A DNA stretch of 64,000 nucleotides from assembly GCA_951406725.2 (NCBI GenBank), contig OX597814.1, positions 117,738,001 to 117,802,000 of the forward strand. Reading direction: 5' to 3'. Made by a program: the position numbers and the translations under genes. The notes under the pieces are model-generated. The model saw only the letters and a program-made list of their open reading frames with translations, was not told where the DNA came from and searched no databases. Below are positions 27,185 through 41,370 of this stretch, piece after piece (the stretch's first letter is position 1; each line of letters opens with the position of its first letter). The stretch comes from Octopus vulgaris (lineage: Eukaryota).

Positions 27185-28448
27185 TTGAACTGACCAAAAT
27201 GAACTGACCAAAATAGATAGGAAAACAAGAAAAATAATGACAGGATCTAGGATGCATCACCCAAAATCTGACATAGAAAGACTATATATACAACGTATAG
27301 AAGGTGGTAGAGGCCTTATACAGCTGGAAAACTACTATAAAATAACCACCATAGGACTGCAAAAATATCTCCTTCAGAAGGAAGGAAAACTGATCCAGAT
27401 AGCGGCAAAACACGAGCAAAACAAAAAACTGTTCTCAGTATTTAAGGAAGCTGACAAATACAAACAAGAAATCATACCACCTAATAAACATGAAGAAGAA
27501 GAAGAAGATGAAGAAACAACAAAAGCTATAAAACAAATGAAATCCAAACTAAAAATAGAACAGCAACGAACCATGATAAAACGATGGCAAGAAAAGCCAC
27601 TTCATGGTAAATACTGCACTAAACTAAACGCAAAAGAAATAGACAAAGAAAAATCCCAGCAATGGTTGAGAAGCTCAGGACTCAAAGCAGAAACAGAGGG
27701 ATTTTTAATTGCAGCACAAGACCAAAGCATCCCCACCAGAAATTACCAAAAACATGTAATGAAAAGAAATATTACAAGTAACTGCAGAATATGTGGAGAT
27801 GGACAAGAAACAATAAATCATATTATCTCTAGCTGCCCAGTCTTGGCTAAGAAGGAATATATTCACAGACATGACAGAGTTGGAACCTACATACATTGGA
27901 AGCTATGCCAACATTATGGAATAACAACAGAAAAAAGATGGTATAGGCACACACCAGAAAAGGTCACAGAAAACGAGAAAGCAACCATACTCTGGGATAT
28001 GCCGATACACACAGATAGAGAAATTAAGGCCAACAGACCAGATATAGTTGTCAGAGATCATGAAGAAAAAAATGCTTTCTAATTGATGTATCAATACCGG
28101 CTGATGACAACGTGTCTCTAAAAGAAATGGAGAAACTCTCAAAATACAAAGACCTGGAAATAGAGGTAACTAGAATGTGGAATCTGAAAACAGAAACAAT
28201 TCCTATCATAGTCGGTGCAGTAGGCATGATAAAAAATATTCAGACAAATACATAACAAAAACACCAGGACTTACAAACACATATAACATACAGAAAATTG
28301 CACTACTAGGCACTGCACACATCTTACGCAGAACACTTTCCATACAATAACCATCAGAGCATCACAACAAATCACAGCACATACCCAAGGCACACAGAGC
28401 TGTGCTCGGTAGTGAAGTGAAAGCACACTATAAAAATAAAACTACTGG
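27185..28448 (+). mobile_element. Dong/R4 LINE family B, 5'-truncated, flanked by (TAA)n
   Basis: ORF 27237-28082: MHHPKSD..RLY..R..GGRGL, CRICG..ETINHIISSC, RHD, RPD. One frameshift before the C-terminal KYKDLEIE. Ends ...aaaactactg(g)a(TAA)n. Confidence 0.93.
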
Positions 28449-28562
<114 letters not shown>

Positions 28563-28679
28563 TTAATTATAATAATAATAATAATAATAAAAGCATCTGC
28601 CTGGTGTTATGATGGGTATATTGGGCTTCGTATATTTTACCCCAGTGTCACTTTGATGGCATGCACTGCTCTCTCACTC

Positions 28680-28752
<73 letters not shown>

Positions 28753-29999
28753 TGTCACTATCATCTGTGATATTCCAGTCAATAACGACAGAGCGATCAG
28801 GCTAATCGGCAGACATTATCTTTAAAGACAGAAAAATAATAATAGTAGAGCAAAATACCTGTAAAAGAGATAACGAAAGTGTTTATCTAAACATATATGG
28901 CAACTATAAGACACAGAATCAACCCCTTTCAAAAGTTCAGTGTTATATCGTAGAAAAATCAAGGACATTTAGGAATGGATCATGCTCCTCTTCTGTAAAA
29001 TGCCTGTTGTTTTTAACTGAGATATTATTCATTCTGGTTCAAGAGCACTCTTTCTTGAACCAAACATTTGAAAGTTAAGGAGTTATGGGAACTGTGCGAG
29101 GTTTCTAATTTTAATGCTTTTCCTACTGAACGATTAATCATATTAACGTAACCGTCACCACTTCTTTCCATTCCATCTGCCTATTTTTTGCATAAGGTAT
29201 TGTAAATTATCGGGTAGTAATTTGTACTTTTGTATTCCTAAACATAACTTTCCGATTGTCGTGTTAAATCAATATGCTCGCATTTACTGGTGTTTAAATT
29301 TATCAGCTCCTTAATAGATAAGTTTATCGATCATGAGATAATTTCTACACATGTTGCTGAGCTATTTTCGTTACTAAGATTTAGAATTATCACACCTAGT
29401 TTCTATGGATTGTTATTTATTTACTTAGTCCTATTCATATATATTTGCGTTATGTCATTTCCTATTTCCAAACTGACTTTATTTCAATTGATTTCTTTTG
29501 TGGTTGAGTGTTCTTAGTTTGTTTTTTCATGAACTAAACTCTGTGTCAATTTTATGGATCAACTGTATGTTTTTTAATCGGCTCCGCTTCTCTTCTCTGC
29601 ATTTGTTTAAGAGTTTTCCGTATTGACCTTAGTATTTTTTAATTAGGTTGAAATTCTTTCCTTTAAAATTAAATTATTTTTTCTTTCACTTGTTCTCTCC
29701 ATGTCATTCCTTCTCACCCCTTCTTCTTCTTTCTCATGTTTTTTTGTAGATTCTATGCGCTTGTTTGTAATCATTATTCGTCTACGATTGGTACGACCAC
29801 ATTTACAGTAAAGTCACTTCTTAAGATTTTACTTAGAAATTATTTTCGCCTTAGTGAGATACTTAATTTTAATTTTTATCGCTTACAATATTTTTCAGAT
29901 AATGAATTCGAGAATGCGTCTTTACATTCGCTCTATATATTATGAAGCCTAAAATTACTGAAGTCGCCAGTGTACAATCCAATCTACATCAAACCATCT

Positions 30000-32177
30000 C
30001 CGTCTCTAACCACCCAACCCAAAAGAACAGTGAAAAATAAATTAAATAATACCTGTATTAATGAGCCCAAGGATAAAAACCAGTAGTACGTAATTAAAAC
30101 TTGTTACACAAAAAGTACGATAATCTACACGTTCCAAACCATTTAATACCAGAAATGAACAGACCGGTACCCTACGAAAATGATGACAATTAAAATAAAG
30201 GGCCGGACGTTATTCCTGATGTCCTGCAAATACAATTTTAAAAAAACATCAATGGACAACTGAAGAATATATTTTAATCCTACAGGCTTACCCACAGTAT
30301 GAAAACTCAAGAAAATATACATATAAAACATGGAGAAGCACACTGACTTTGAATAGTAACGATGAATCTGTCAGCGATGGAGATGTAAGGATTTCATGTT
30401 GAATTTTCTAGGGTGACACTCTATCACCAATCCTCTTTCTCTAGCCGTAATATCTCTCTCGAAATTGCTCGATGATGTATAATATGGCAATAACATATTT
30501 GATAAAAATATAAATCACCTTTTTTACATGGATGACTTAAAGCTCTTTGCAAAAAATACCAACAAATACAGGGTGTACTAGGAAATGTTAAACGATTCAG
30601 TGATGACATCAGCATGAAATTTGGCCTCGATAAATGTGCAAAAACTACATTCATCAAAGGAAAAATGACAGAAACAGCCAACGTTAATCCTGACCAGCAG
30701 AATGTCATAAATATGTTAGAACCAGAGGAGAGCTACAAATACCTGGGGGTATTTGAAAGTGATAGAATCAAATATTCAGTGATGAAGGAAAGGATCAGAT
30801 GAGAATGTTATCGCCGGTTAAGAGCAATACTCAAGAGAGAGATGAATGCAAGAAACAGGATCGAAGCTATCAATACTTTAGCCAAACCGCGCGTGACTTA
30901 CATTTTCAATATGACTAATTGGTCTGAAATATGCAATCTTGACAGTAAAATGCGAAAATTGTTGACAATGCATAGAATGCACCACCCTAAGGCAGATATA
31001 GTACGACATTATCTTTTAGGAAAAGAGGGTGGCTGTGTACTTTTACAACTGAAGTTAATAATGAAGGTTGACAGAGTTGGCGTGAAGACCATCTGCAAAC
31101 TCTAATTACTGGATGATAAATCTTGTCTTAAAGCATGAAAACAGGCAAAGGAATATATAAGTGAGTTCCAAATACAACAAATCCCAGAATTAGACATACT
31201 AGAACCAAGCACAGAAAAAGCTAAGCATATGAAGACTCGTGCTAAAATTGCTGCCGTAGATACTCTTACTGATGAATGGTAAGAAAAACTTCTCAATGGC
31301 AAATATCCAAAGAGAGCTAATAATGCAGATGTTGACAAAGCCCTTACGCATCAATGGTTAATGGCGTCTGGCTTAAAATTAGAAACAGAAGTGTTTATCA
31401 CAGTGGTCCAAGATCAATGCCTACCTGCAATAAACTACTAGGCCAACCTATTATAGTACGGCAGCTATCGTGTATGTCAACAACAAAATGAAGCCATCGA
31501 TCATGTTGCCTCCATATGCAGTCTTCTTGCGCCTACAGAGTATCTCAACAGCCATGATAGTGCAATTCAGTATATTCACTGGGTAATTTATGATAACCTG
31601 GACACGCCCCTTGATAAAAACTGGTGGAACACAAACCACCTACAGTACTTGAAAATGATCACATCTCACTCCTCTGGACTTCACCGTTCAAACTGACAGA
31701 ATGATAGATGTGAATAGGCCAAACATGGTACTGAAAGACTTCAGAAGAAAATCATGCCTCCACATTTATATGACTGTCCCAATCGAAATAAATGTCATCG
31801 GGACATTCAAAATCTGAGCAAGTATAAAAATTTTGAAATACAAATTGGCAATATGTGGAACCTCAAGACTAAAGCAATACCTATTGTCTATAGGTGTCTT
31901 AGGAATAGTAGGAAAAGGAGATGATTCCTACCTAACTCAGATTCAAGGAATTTAGAAGATAGTGCTCATGGGAACTGCCTATATCCTACATAAAAAAAAT
32001 TAGACAGATTTATATTTTTCATATGTTTTCTTTAAAATTCCCTAGAACAATTCTATATGCAAAACCAAATATATGACAAACTAGGCATAAAACTAACATG
32101 AACTTCTAACTTGTCTGTTAAGGTCTTTGGGTGACACTTGGAGTCAATTTGTAGAAATACAAAGCAAAATCAAACAT
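30000..32177 (+). mobile_element. Dong/R4 LINE family C, degenerate, with large internal deletion
   Basis: N-terminal-like KKHQWTTEEY (~30240) is joined directly to RT (GDTLSP, YMDDLK, FGLDKCAK); 3' UTR matches 25750-25940. The 5' boundary is approximate. Confidence 0.85.
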
Positions 32178-32207
32178 AATAATGATAATATTAATAATAA
32201 TAATAAT

Positions 32208-32763
32208 TGCCCTGATGCAGTACCAGGCAGTGGCTCTCATGGCTTCTGATCTTAACTGATTGGAAGTGTTATCATGTACATTGTTTTGTCTTGGTATAAA
32301 AGATGGGCTACAGCAAATATTCTGCTCACTAACACAGATTTGCTTGTCAGTTGTTTGACCTTAACCAGTTGAGCATGTCCCTTAGTGGCTGACGATATGT
32401 GCAACTCTGATCACGAGCAGAAGTAGTGGGGGAGCATCATAGCCATGTGTTGAGAAGGATTATTTGGGGTTTGAATAATTCACCTCTGGAAACATGGGTG
32501 TTTCGTTCAACGTCCTTAAACAACCCTTATTCAGGGACCTTTTGAGCGGGATGGGTTACTCGATCTGAAGAAAATTCTAACTGGGCTCCACCTGCAAGGT
32601 CATGTGCTGTTTATCTTGATATGAGATCACCATGTCGCGCACATATGGTTGTGATGCATGTGCATGGTGTACCCTTATCAGACGGGTAGTCATGATGGGT
32701 ATACTGGGCTTCGTATATTTTACCCCAGTGTCACTTTGATGGCATGCTCTGCTCGCTCACTCA
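32208..32763 (+). mobile_element. ~555 bp non-coding element flanked by (TAA)n on both sides (longest copy)
   Basis: Bounded by taataataa on both sides, no long ORF, at least five related copies or fragments within 18-33 kb. Confidence 0.8.
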
Positions 32764-32790
32764 ATAATAATAATAATAATAATAATAATC

Positions 32791-33000
32791 CTTTCTACTA
32801 CACACACATGGCGTGAAATTTGGTGGGGAGGACTTAAATTGATTACATCAACCCCAGCGTTTCACTGATACTTACGTTATCGACCCTGATAGATCAAAGG
32901 CAGATTCGACCTCGGCGGCATTTGAAATCAGAACGTAGCTGCAGACGAAATATTGTTAATATATCGCCTAGCGTGCTAACGATTCTGCCAGTTCGCCTCC
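32791..33000 (-). mobile_element. tRNA-derived SINE family 1, diverged copy
   Basis: ctttctacta...tcgacctcggcggcatttgaaatcagaacgtagc.gcagacgaaata...gcgtgctaacgattctgccagttcgcc. Confidence 0.85.
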
Positions 33001-33135
33001 GTAATAATACTAAAAATAATAATAGACTCAACAACACAATCTAAACACACGGTCTGCAATATTTCTATACTAAGACTGCATAACTATGAGTCAAATTTTA
33101 ATTACATGTTCAACCATATTTATACAAGTCTTCCA

Positions 33136-33298
33136 GGCATAGGAGTGACTGTGTGGTTAGCAACTTGTTTAGTCCACACATAGTTCCGTGTTCAGTTCCA
33201 CTGCGTGGCACCTTGGGCAAGTGTCTTCTACTATAGCCTCGGGCCAACCAAAGCCTTGTGAGTAGATTCGGTAGACGGAAACTGAAAGAAGCCCGTCG

Positions 33299-33347
<49 letters not shown>

Positions 33348-33603
33348 ATGTATGTGTCTGTGTGTATGCGTGCGTATCTGTGTGTCTGTGTGTTTGTGTG
33401 TCTGTGTTTGTCCCCCCCAAATCAATTGACAATTGATGGTGGTGTGTTTACGTCCCCGTAACTTAGCAGTTCGGCAAAAGAGGCCGATAGAATAAGTACC
33501 AGGCTCACAAAGAATAAGTGCTGGGGTCGATTTGCTCGACTAAAAGGCGGTGCTCCAGCATGGCCACGGTCAAATGATTGAAACAAGTAAAAGAGTAAAG
33601 AGT
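33136..33603 (+). mobile_element. tRNA-derived SINE family 2 (CORE-like) with internal (TA)n/(TG)n
   Basis: A-box-like gtgactgtgtggtt, B-box-like gttcagttcc, CORE-like accttgggcaagt, and 3' tail ggcggtgctccagcatggccac. Confidence 0.8.
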
Positions 33604-33889
33604 ATATATACACATTGCTGTTTCTTCTCGATCTCTCGCCTATACATCAATTATAAATCAAGAAAAAAGAACGTCGACACTTGTCCATCGGCGGTGTTCT
33701 GTCAGAATTATACGAATTAAAAAGGGAGTCATAACAAAACCAACCAAAATAAAAGAAAAAAAGAACGATGGACAGATAACTATGATTACTATGAAATTGT
33801 TGATTTCTGTTTTACACATATACTATGCAACACTTCTCCAAAAACATACAGGAAAAAGCTCATTCAGCAAGTACGCAATACGATGAACA

Positions 33890-34480
33890 AAATCTCCACA
33901 TATCAAGTCAAGTTGATCACAGAACTTGAGGCGATCCAACGAAGCTACACGAAGAAGATAGCCTCTGTGCAGCATATAAGCTACTGGGAAAGACTCAAGA
34001 GATTAAAACTCTATTCCTTGGAGCGTAGGCGAGAAAGATATGCCATAATATACATCTGGAAGGACTTGTCCCAAACTTTGGCATCGAGAGTTACACAAAT
34101 GCCAGAACTGGGCGCCACTGCGTGGTACCAAGGACTCCAAATTTGCCATCAAGATGTAGGACAAGATACTGTGATAGCCTGGGCTTCCGAGGCCCACAGC
34201 TCTTCAATATCCTCCCGAAGAACCTGAGGGACCTGCATGAGGTGGATGCGGATGTCTTTAAAGTAGGATTGGATCTCTTCCTGTCAGGTGTCCCAGATGA
34301 ACCAATTTCACGGCAAGAGGTGCAGATGAGGGCAGCTGCATCGAACTTTCTCATGCACCAAATGACAGTTGCTAAAAAGCATTCGTGAAGTAAAATCATG
34401 TAGCAACACCAAATGGCGGTGCCCCAGCATGGCCACAGCTCGTGAGCTGAAACTAGATAAAATAAAATAAAATAAAAAAA
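33890..34480 (+). mobile_element. CR1-group LINE 3' fragment
   Basis: LEAIQRSYTKKI...YWERLKRLKLYSLERRRER and LFNILP...FKVGLDLFL..VPDEP; ends in (TAAAA)n. Confidence 0.85.
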
Positions 34481-34589
34481 TATGCCATAGAAGTGCGATG
34501 CCCAACAGAAAAGTACAACCTGCATTACACAAACAACACACAATACAAAATGTAATACAACAGATGATCCAAACCAAACATCATAACGA

Positions 34590-37500
34590 AACCTAATGAT
34601 GTAAGACAATAGAAAATGGATGCTAACACTTTCGATAGAGAAGAGTTTGTTCAAAGTGACTGAGTAGAGACAGGTATATCAGGCTAATGCTATTAGGAGA
34701 AGAATGACAGAATTGGGGGTGGAAGAGACGACAAGAGAACTGGAAAAAAAGACCGGTCAGTAGGAATGACGAACAATGAATTAAGAGATACAGCTCAAAC
34801 TAAAGAAGAACTCAAACGAAAAAATAATAAGAGGACTAACAATCACGAAGTAACAAAGGGGAGCAGCAATTTAAGCGATATAGCTGAGGAAGACGAGAAG
34901 AGTTTAGATATGTTCCAGTGAATAACGAATAAAGAAGTAAGAAAAATATTGCCAGCATTAAAAGGTACCAAGAGAAGGAACCTTCTAGATATGACTAGGA
35001 AAGTTGATTCTATTGTCAGAAGAATAGATACAGTTCTATTATTTTAATTTCATCCCACAGGGGAAGGTGGTCTCCATTTTTCCATACACAACCAGCTATA
35101 CCCGATTTATCAATATCTCATCATGTCACAGTTTTACGATGTTCCTTAACTTTTATTTTGAAGGGGCGTTATGTTTCGCGCCTTTGTATATCATATCACA
35201 GCTGCATGGGATGGGGTACACGCAGTTTTTGGTCATATTCACTTCTATTGGTGGTTTTACTCGAAGTAGACATTTGCGAAGTGTTGTATTACTCTTGAAT
35301 ACTGTCCTGATGTCATATGGGCCGCATACAATTTGTGTCGTTTCGGCGAGGTCTTTCACTTGGGGTAGACAGACTGTAGACAGTTTATTGGTTATTGTCT
35401 TCATCCTCTTTTCTTCATAATTGGAATGGATATTATGTTTTTGGAGTAGTTGTTGATTAATAGATTGTTATTGGGCTTGGTCATTCCTTTGTGGTGGGTA
35501 TCACGATAGCTACTTATATTCTTTGCCCGATGTCTTAGGCACTGAGCAGTCCCTCTCTTTACACTGTATGGATGGGGGAAATTGAAGTTTAGGTATCTTC
35601 TAGTGACGGTCGGCTTGCAGTATACAGATGTCCTGAATCCATACTTGGTGCGTGTTATTAATACGCCCAGGAATGCTAGCTGATTGCCTTTTTCCTTTTC
35701 CATTGTGAACTGTATGGATGGCTTTATTGAGTTCACATGATCTAACAGCAGTTGGACATCTTCCTGGTGGGGCCAGAGTATAAAAGGTATCATCAACATA
35801 TCACAGTTATAGGGTTGGTTTTAGTGGTGTTGATCCTAAAGCCAAATTCTCAAAGTATTCCATGTATGCATTGGCTATTATCAGTGATAATAGCGAATCC
35901 ATAGCTAAACCCTCTTGTCAATATATATCAGTGTCCATCCTGAAGTAGGTGGTTTTTACACAGAATTTCAACATTTCCATCAAGTTTCTTATTGGTATAC
36001 AAGTGCGTTATTTTAGATGTGTGTCCGTTACTAGTTTTTCTTGAATCACCGATAGTGCTTCACCAGTTGGAACTTTGGTGAACTGATTTATCACATCTTG
36101 ACACACCATCTAGTTAGATTCAATGTGGTAATTCTTGATCCATTCTGTGAAGTAGGTGGAATTCTTCACGTACGATATTGACTTTCATACTGGAAAGATT
36201 TCTTTGATGGAAGAATAATGCCAGACTAGATGACTAGTGGGAAGACAATACTCATGAAAGATAAATCACGGGTAAACAGCTATCAATTATTGACTAATCA
36301 CTTGTTTAACATTAGTTTTGAGGCTTTTAATAGGATTGCTTTCAGAAAGCTTTTAGAAGCAAATTGACTGCCAGAATCTACTGCCAGAAGAAGAAAGAGA
36401 TTACAAGAAGAAGGCTAGAGGAAAGTATGATCTATTATATATAGAAAAGCCAGGTCTAAATGAATTAAGACCGAGAATCAAAGGCTAAGATTAGCATGGA
36501 TAGATTATAAAAACGCCTATGACATGATCCCATACTCATGGATAAGTGACTCTTTGAGTAAATTCAGTATAGCAGACAATATAAGAGAGTTAATTAGCTT
36601 TAGTGGGAAGAAATAAAAAGATCTCTACTCATGTGACATTGTCTTAAAGAAAGTTAATATAAAGAGAGGAAGTCTCCAAGATGTCTCGTTATCCCCTTTA
36701 TTATTTTCTCTATGTTCGATACCCACAGTTTAATAATAAGGATTTCAAAGGCGGTTTAGTATAAAGGAAGACAGAAATACTAAGGGAAAAATTACATATT
36801 TGCTCTACATGGATGATGTGAAGCTTTTTAGTAGGAATGAATATGTGATAGATTCCTCAATACAAACTGTAAGACTCTTCTGCAAAAATATAGGCATGCA
36901 ATGTGGCATATATATGTGTGCAGTATTAATCATGAGAGGGGACAGGTAGTCATCAGCGAATGCATCCAATTACCAGATGGGCAGACATTAAAATCATTGC
37001 CAGAAGAAGAGATTTAAAACTGTCTAGGAGTATTAGAATCTGAATGTGTACTAACTATAGAAATGAAAACGAAAATTGAGCGAGAGTACATCAGAATGGT
37101 GAGGAATCTAATGAAGTCAAAGCTAAATGATCCGAATCAAGTGAAGGTTGTAAATACTTCGGCGGTATGATTACTTAGATGATGAGCAGTATTTGTAGAT
37201 TGGACAAGAACTGAATTAGCATATCTAGACAGAAAACTAGGAATGAATTCAATATGAAAGGTCTCTACCCAAGGGCAGACGTAGCAAGATTATGCTTATC
37301 TAGAAAAGAAGGTAGAATTGAATTAATATCAGTAGAATACTGCTTAGTGTTAGCTAGATTATATATACAGCCCTATGTAAGCAATAGCAAAATAAGTTTA
37401 TGAAAAGCCGAGCCGCTAGAGTCACCACAAGACAGAGAAACCAAAACACAAACGAAGTTAAAACCAGAAAAAATGAACGACATCTTTCTAACTGGCAGGA

Positions 37501-37850
37501 GAAGGCTTTGCATGGTAAATTTCCAAAGATAGTTGCAGCAAATAATAGTAGGGAGATATGATTATCGTTGCAGAAATTAAGACTAAAATGGGCAAGAGAA
37601 GGTTTGCTAGCAGCTGCGCAAGTTCAAGTATCAAGGCCTAATTGGATAAAAGATAAGATAGACGAAAACAAAGTAGTTTCACAATGTCGGTTATGAAAAT
37701 CAAAAGAGTAAATGTTCCTCATATAGAAAGTGAATGTAGCATGCTGGCGCGGAAAGAATACAACAAAAAATAAAAATCTAAGGCGAGTAATCTCCTCGGA
37801 GTTATGTAGAAAACTGGGACTTTATCCTATTGATAGATAAATGATATGAA
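34590..37850 (+). mobile_element. old degenerate Dong/R4 LINE (family D) interrupted by a Penelope element
   Basis: LPALK..DSIVRRIDT before 35040. After 36190: MTSGKTIL, ITCL, AWIDYKNAYDMIPHSWI, LLYMDDVKLF, PRADVARL..SRKEG, W.EK.LHG.F; many stops. Confidence 0.8.
35040..36190 (-). mobile_element. Penelope/Poseidon-type retroelement fragment (RT to GIY-YIG)
   Basis: YVKNSTYF, FTKVP, GLAM..LS..IANAYME, YVDDTFILWPH, FTMEKE..LAFL, YCKPT.T.RYL, NCVYPIPCSC. Confidence 0.88.
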
Positions 37851-38059
37851 CGTGAACATCGTCGTCGGCTCTAGCTCGTATCCGAACATTGGTTTCGTCA
37901 TTCCCAATCCAGTCTGCTCGGCAGATGTTTGTGCCGAATGTGACTTTGGTGTGTAAGTCGGTGATGAAAGAGTCGTGGGCAGAATTCGAACAGGATGGTC
38001 GATGCAGGTCGGGGACGTTGAAAATGCTCCTTTTCTCCTGCGTTTTAACTCCTCATTTC

Positions 38060-39560
38060 TCCTGCGTTTTAACGACTGCGTTTTAACTCCTCATTACACA
38101 GGGAAATAAAAAAAATAGGGACCAAACTCAAAGTTCTACAACATCAAGAAGCACTCTCCCAAAATAGAGGTATACAACTCAGTAATGAAAGAAATACAGA
38201 TCGAAAATTATAAGGCTCTCACAACTATAAATAACATATTATTCTCAAAAAATAAGCTCTGAACGTGCAAATCGGTCTAAAATTAATTCAAGGAAAATAT
38301 ACTAATCAATTAAACAGTGAGCAGTTAAGCTACAAGATGAAATAGAATGTCAAAGTGTAGAACTCTCAGTTGTTGAAAAATTATCAAATCTGAATGGGAA
38401 CTGAAAAGGAAATATCAAATTACTAATGAGGATGCTCTCCTTATTATCAAGGCTGAGAAGTAGCAGCGAATTCAAATGACATCACATGTTAAAAGATAAC
38501 AGAAGTAAGTATTAGAAAGAAGCGTGTTCTATTTCTGCAGAGAAGTAGGGAAACAACAAGTAGATGTAAAGAAACTACTAAACAGAATAATCAGGGAAAT
38601 CCCGGAATTTTATTTGGAGACAACAACTGAAGACATTGAGGAAGCATCCTGAATCAACAGACGATATAAAAGACCAAAGCCAGTTGAACAACAAGGATTG
38701 GAATCCACTGAGACTATCAAACTTTAAGCCGGCTCTCACTCAAAAATCCTATCCAGAATAGAGCAACTATCAAATTACTAGTTACAAGCGTTCCCGCGAT
38801 GCAAAGTCGCTTATAAAGCTTATTATAATCGTTATTAAAAAACGTAATAAACTCTAAAATGCTCGTTTAAAGGAATCATTAATCTCGTTCCCCATACAAA
38901 ATGGAAATAAAACCCAAAGGACTGTACTCACATGAACCAATTTTTCGAAGAAAGGACGATCTTGACACGAGGATAAATGTGATAATAGAAAACAATCCAT
39001 TTGTAAAGATCACTTACGAATTAATAAGATGCGGCTTGAAAACTATCTCAAAAAAGAATAAAAATTTTCGCACAGTAGGGCTCAACAACGAGATAGCATT
39101 TTACAGTGCAACTCATGGATGCATACTGAAAGCTTTAGACTTATGCAAAATCATTCCAGACACCTCAGATTTTTCTCCCATTTCAAATGACATTGTGGTA
39201 GACATGGCCTTCACTTAACCCAACAACAGAGTCATAAAATCTAGCACAATAAAAATAAACTCGGCACTTTTCGATTATAACAACGTCTTATCACTCTTGT
39301 TCTGTATTGAAATCTTTATTAATTTCAAATGAAGTAAACAACACGAAGTATGCATATAAAAGCATTCAGTAGTGTGATTAACCACTATATGAACGATTAA
39401 AGGCTTTATAACTAGAATGACCAATAATTAAAAGCACTTATATGAATGGTAAAGCAGATCAGTAATGGTATGGCTAAGTATCTGTTCCTAATAAATGAGC
39501 AAAAACATTTTTGAGATGGAAAATATGTCAATAGCATCGTGCATTCATTTTGATCTCAAA
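38060..39560 (+). mobile_element. highly degenerate Dong/R4 LINE fragment
   Basis: KNFRTVGLNNEIAFYSATHGCILKALDLCKI aligns with [31 protein letters not shown]; upstream FCREVGKQQV resembles FYREIGKEKV. Confidence 0.65.
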
Positions 39561-39597
39561 TTCACATCATGATTTACACGCACTAACGCACGAACGT

Positions 39598-39598
<1 letters not shown>

Positions 39599-39671
<73 letters not shown>

Positions 39672-39680
39672 GCACACACA
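39599..39680. repeat. (CA)n microsatellite
   Basis: Direct reading of the sequence. Confidence 0.95.
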
Positions 39681-40457
39681 AGCGCTACGAATTGTGCATG
39701 CTTAATTAATTATAACATGAAGTGTCATGCGAAGCCTCAATTACAATAGGTGCTTCAAAGTCTAATCTTTTCCAGTACATGAAAAGTGATATTGGTGTCA
39801 AGTTTTAGAAAATTACTAAAAGCTACTTAGCCAGACATACGTCACTTAAACAATCGTAATTTTAAATTATAACAACAATTAGACAGAAATCTTTGGGATT
39901 GAAATAACTGATTTATTCAAAATTACAGTGATGAAAAAGACGAAAATCTACCAATGATATTTCAATAATTGTAAGATAAGCTTCTCAAAGAAATACCAGA
40001 AAAACGTCCTATACCCAGGTATACTACGGTTGAAAACTACAGCATTCTGGGTGTGAACAATGGTGTTTCCAAATAAGGATTTCTAGACTCTTCCACATTG
40101 TACTGTTAAGTAAACTCTGTATTAATGATGGCAACAACTTTGTAGAGATTGTACATAATGTAACTGTATTTATATAAATGCGACTTTTATGCAAATCCAC
40201 ACACACACGTGAATATATATGTAGGAATAATACACATATATACCATTATGCCTATGAAACGGATTTATGAACTCAACAACCATACATATCTTACATCTAT
40301 TTTCTTTCCTCCACCTCACTTTCTATTTATATCACATCGAAACTATTTCCCTGCTTGTAAACTTTATTCCTATTCACCTCTTGCACCATATTTCTCCGCT
40401 TTTAATCTGCTAATTTCTTTCTCCCTCCTTCTCCTTTATAAATTGACTTTGACGTCG

Positions 40458-41370
40458 TCTATATATATGAAACTCAGAATGTGTGTCTTTCTCTCTGTCT
40501 GCCCACAGCAATATCATATCTCCTCCACTATTTCAGTATTACGTGTCAAAAGTGAAACAAAAACATCTCTCTATTGTAGATGCTTTACAACTATTGTCAG
40601 ATGCTTTCACTTTAACAGGTTCACTTTATTACCGAAACTATTAAACTGAAACTATTATATAAAAGGGATGATCTGTTAGTGGACATCCATTTTGCTAGAA
40701 GAAGATCCGCTATGGTCTTACCACTAACAAAGGAATGGTAAGACCAAAGTGGATCTTCTAGCATAATGGATGTCCACTTACAATTGGGTCACGCTGTTCC
40801 AATTGCTATAGATTCGTAATGCATCTTACGGCGGTGCCTGTCACCTGCATGGCGAGGAATACTACATTGGGAGTAGTAACGACTAGGTAACTGTAGCTGT
40901 CTGCTTATTGTGATCATTCGTCTTTTGGTTTCATGTAGCTTTGCTCTCTTTTACAAACCCAGTTAACATATATATTTCCTATTTCAAAGAAATTCAAACA
41001 AGAGATATAAGACCAAAGTTAAAAAGATTCTCACCAATTCAACTTCTCTGGTTGACATTAAGATGCCCACCCCCAATTGGGGCGTTAACTCTCACATTTA
41101 GAGCTCCATGACCTCTATTTTTCAGGGCAAAATCCTTTTAACAGGGTCTATCAGACTGGAATTTTGGAATATGCGCATAAAAATCAGTGGTATGGGATAC
41201 ATGTGGCACGATTACAATTTTACTAGGGGGTGTAAAGCGGGAAAAAACCCTCATCTGCAATTTTGATGAAATTCGAAGCATAGGTATTCCAGTTAATTAT
41301 AGAAAATATAACAGAAAAGTCTAATTATTCAATTGTATGTAACAGAGGAAACGCCGGGTATGTGTGCTAG
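40458..41370 (+). mobile_element. non-autonomous Helitron-like element
   Basis: 5' TCtatatatatgaaact...; 3' ...aacgccgggtatgtgtgCTAG|t. No TSD. The paralogous block shows the empty site at ~56762. Confidence 0.75.

Noticed and set aside
28900-29950. Possible degraded LINE ORF1/endonuclease on the minus strand
   Set aside because: No diagnostic motif could be read with confidence.
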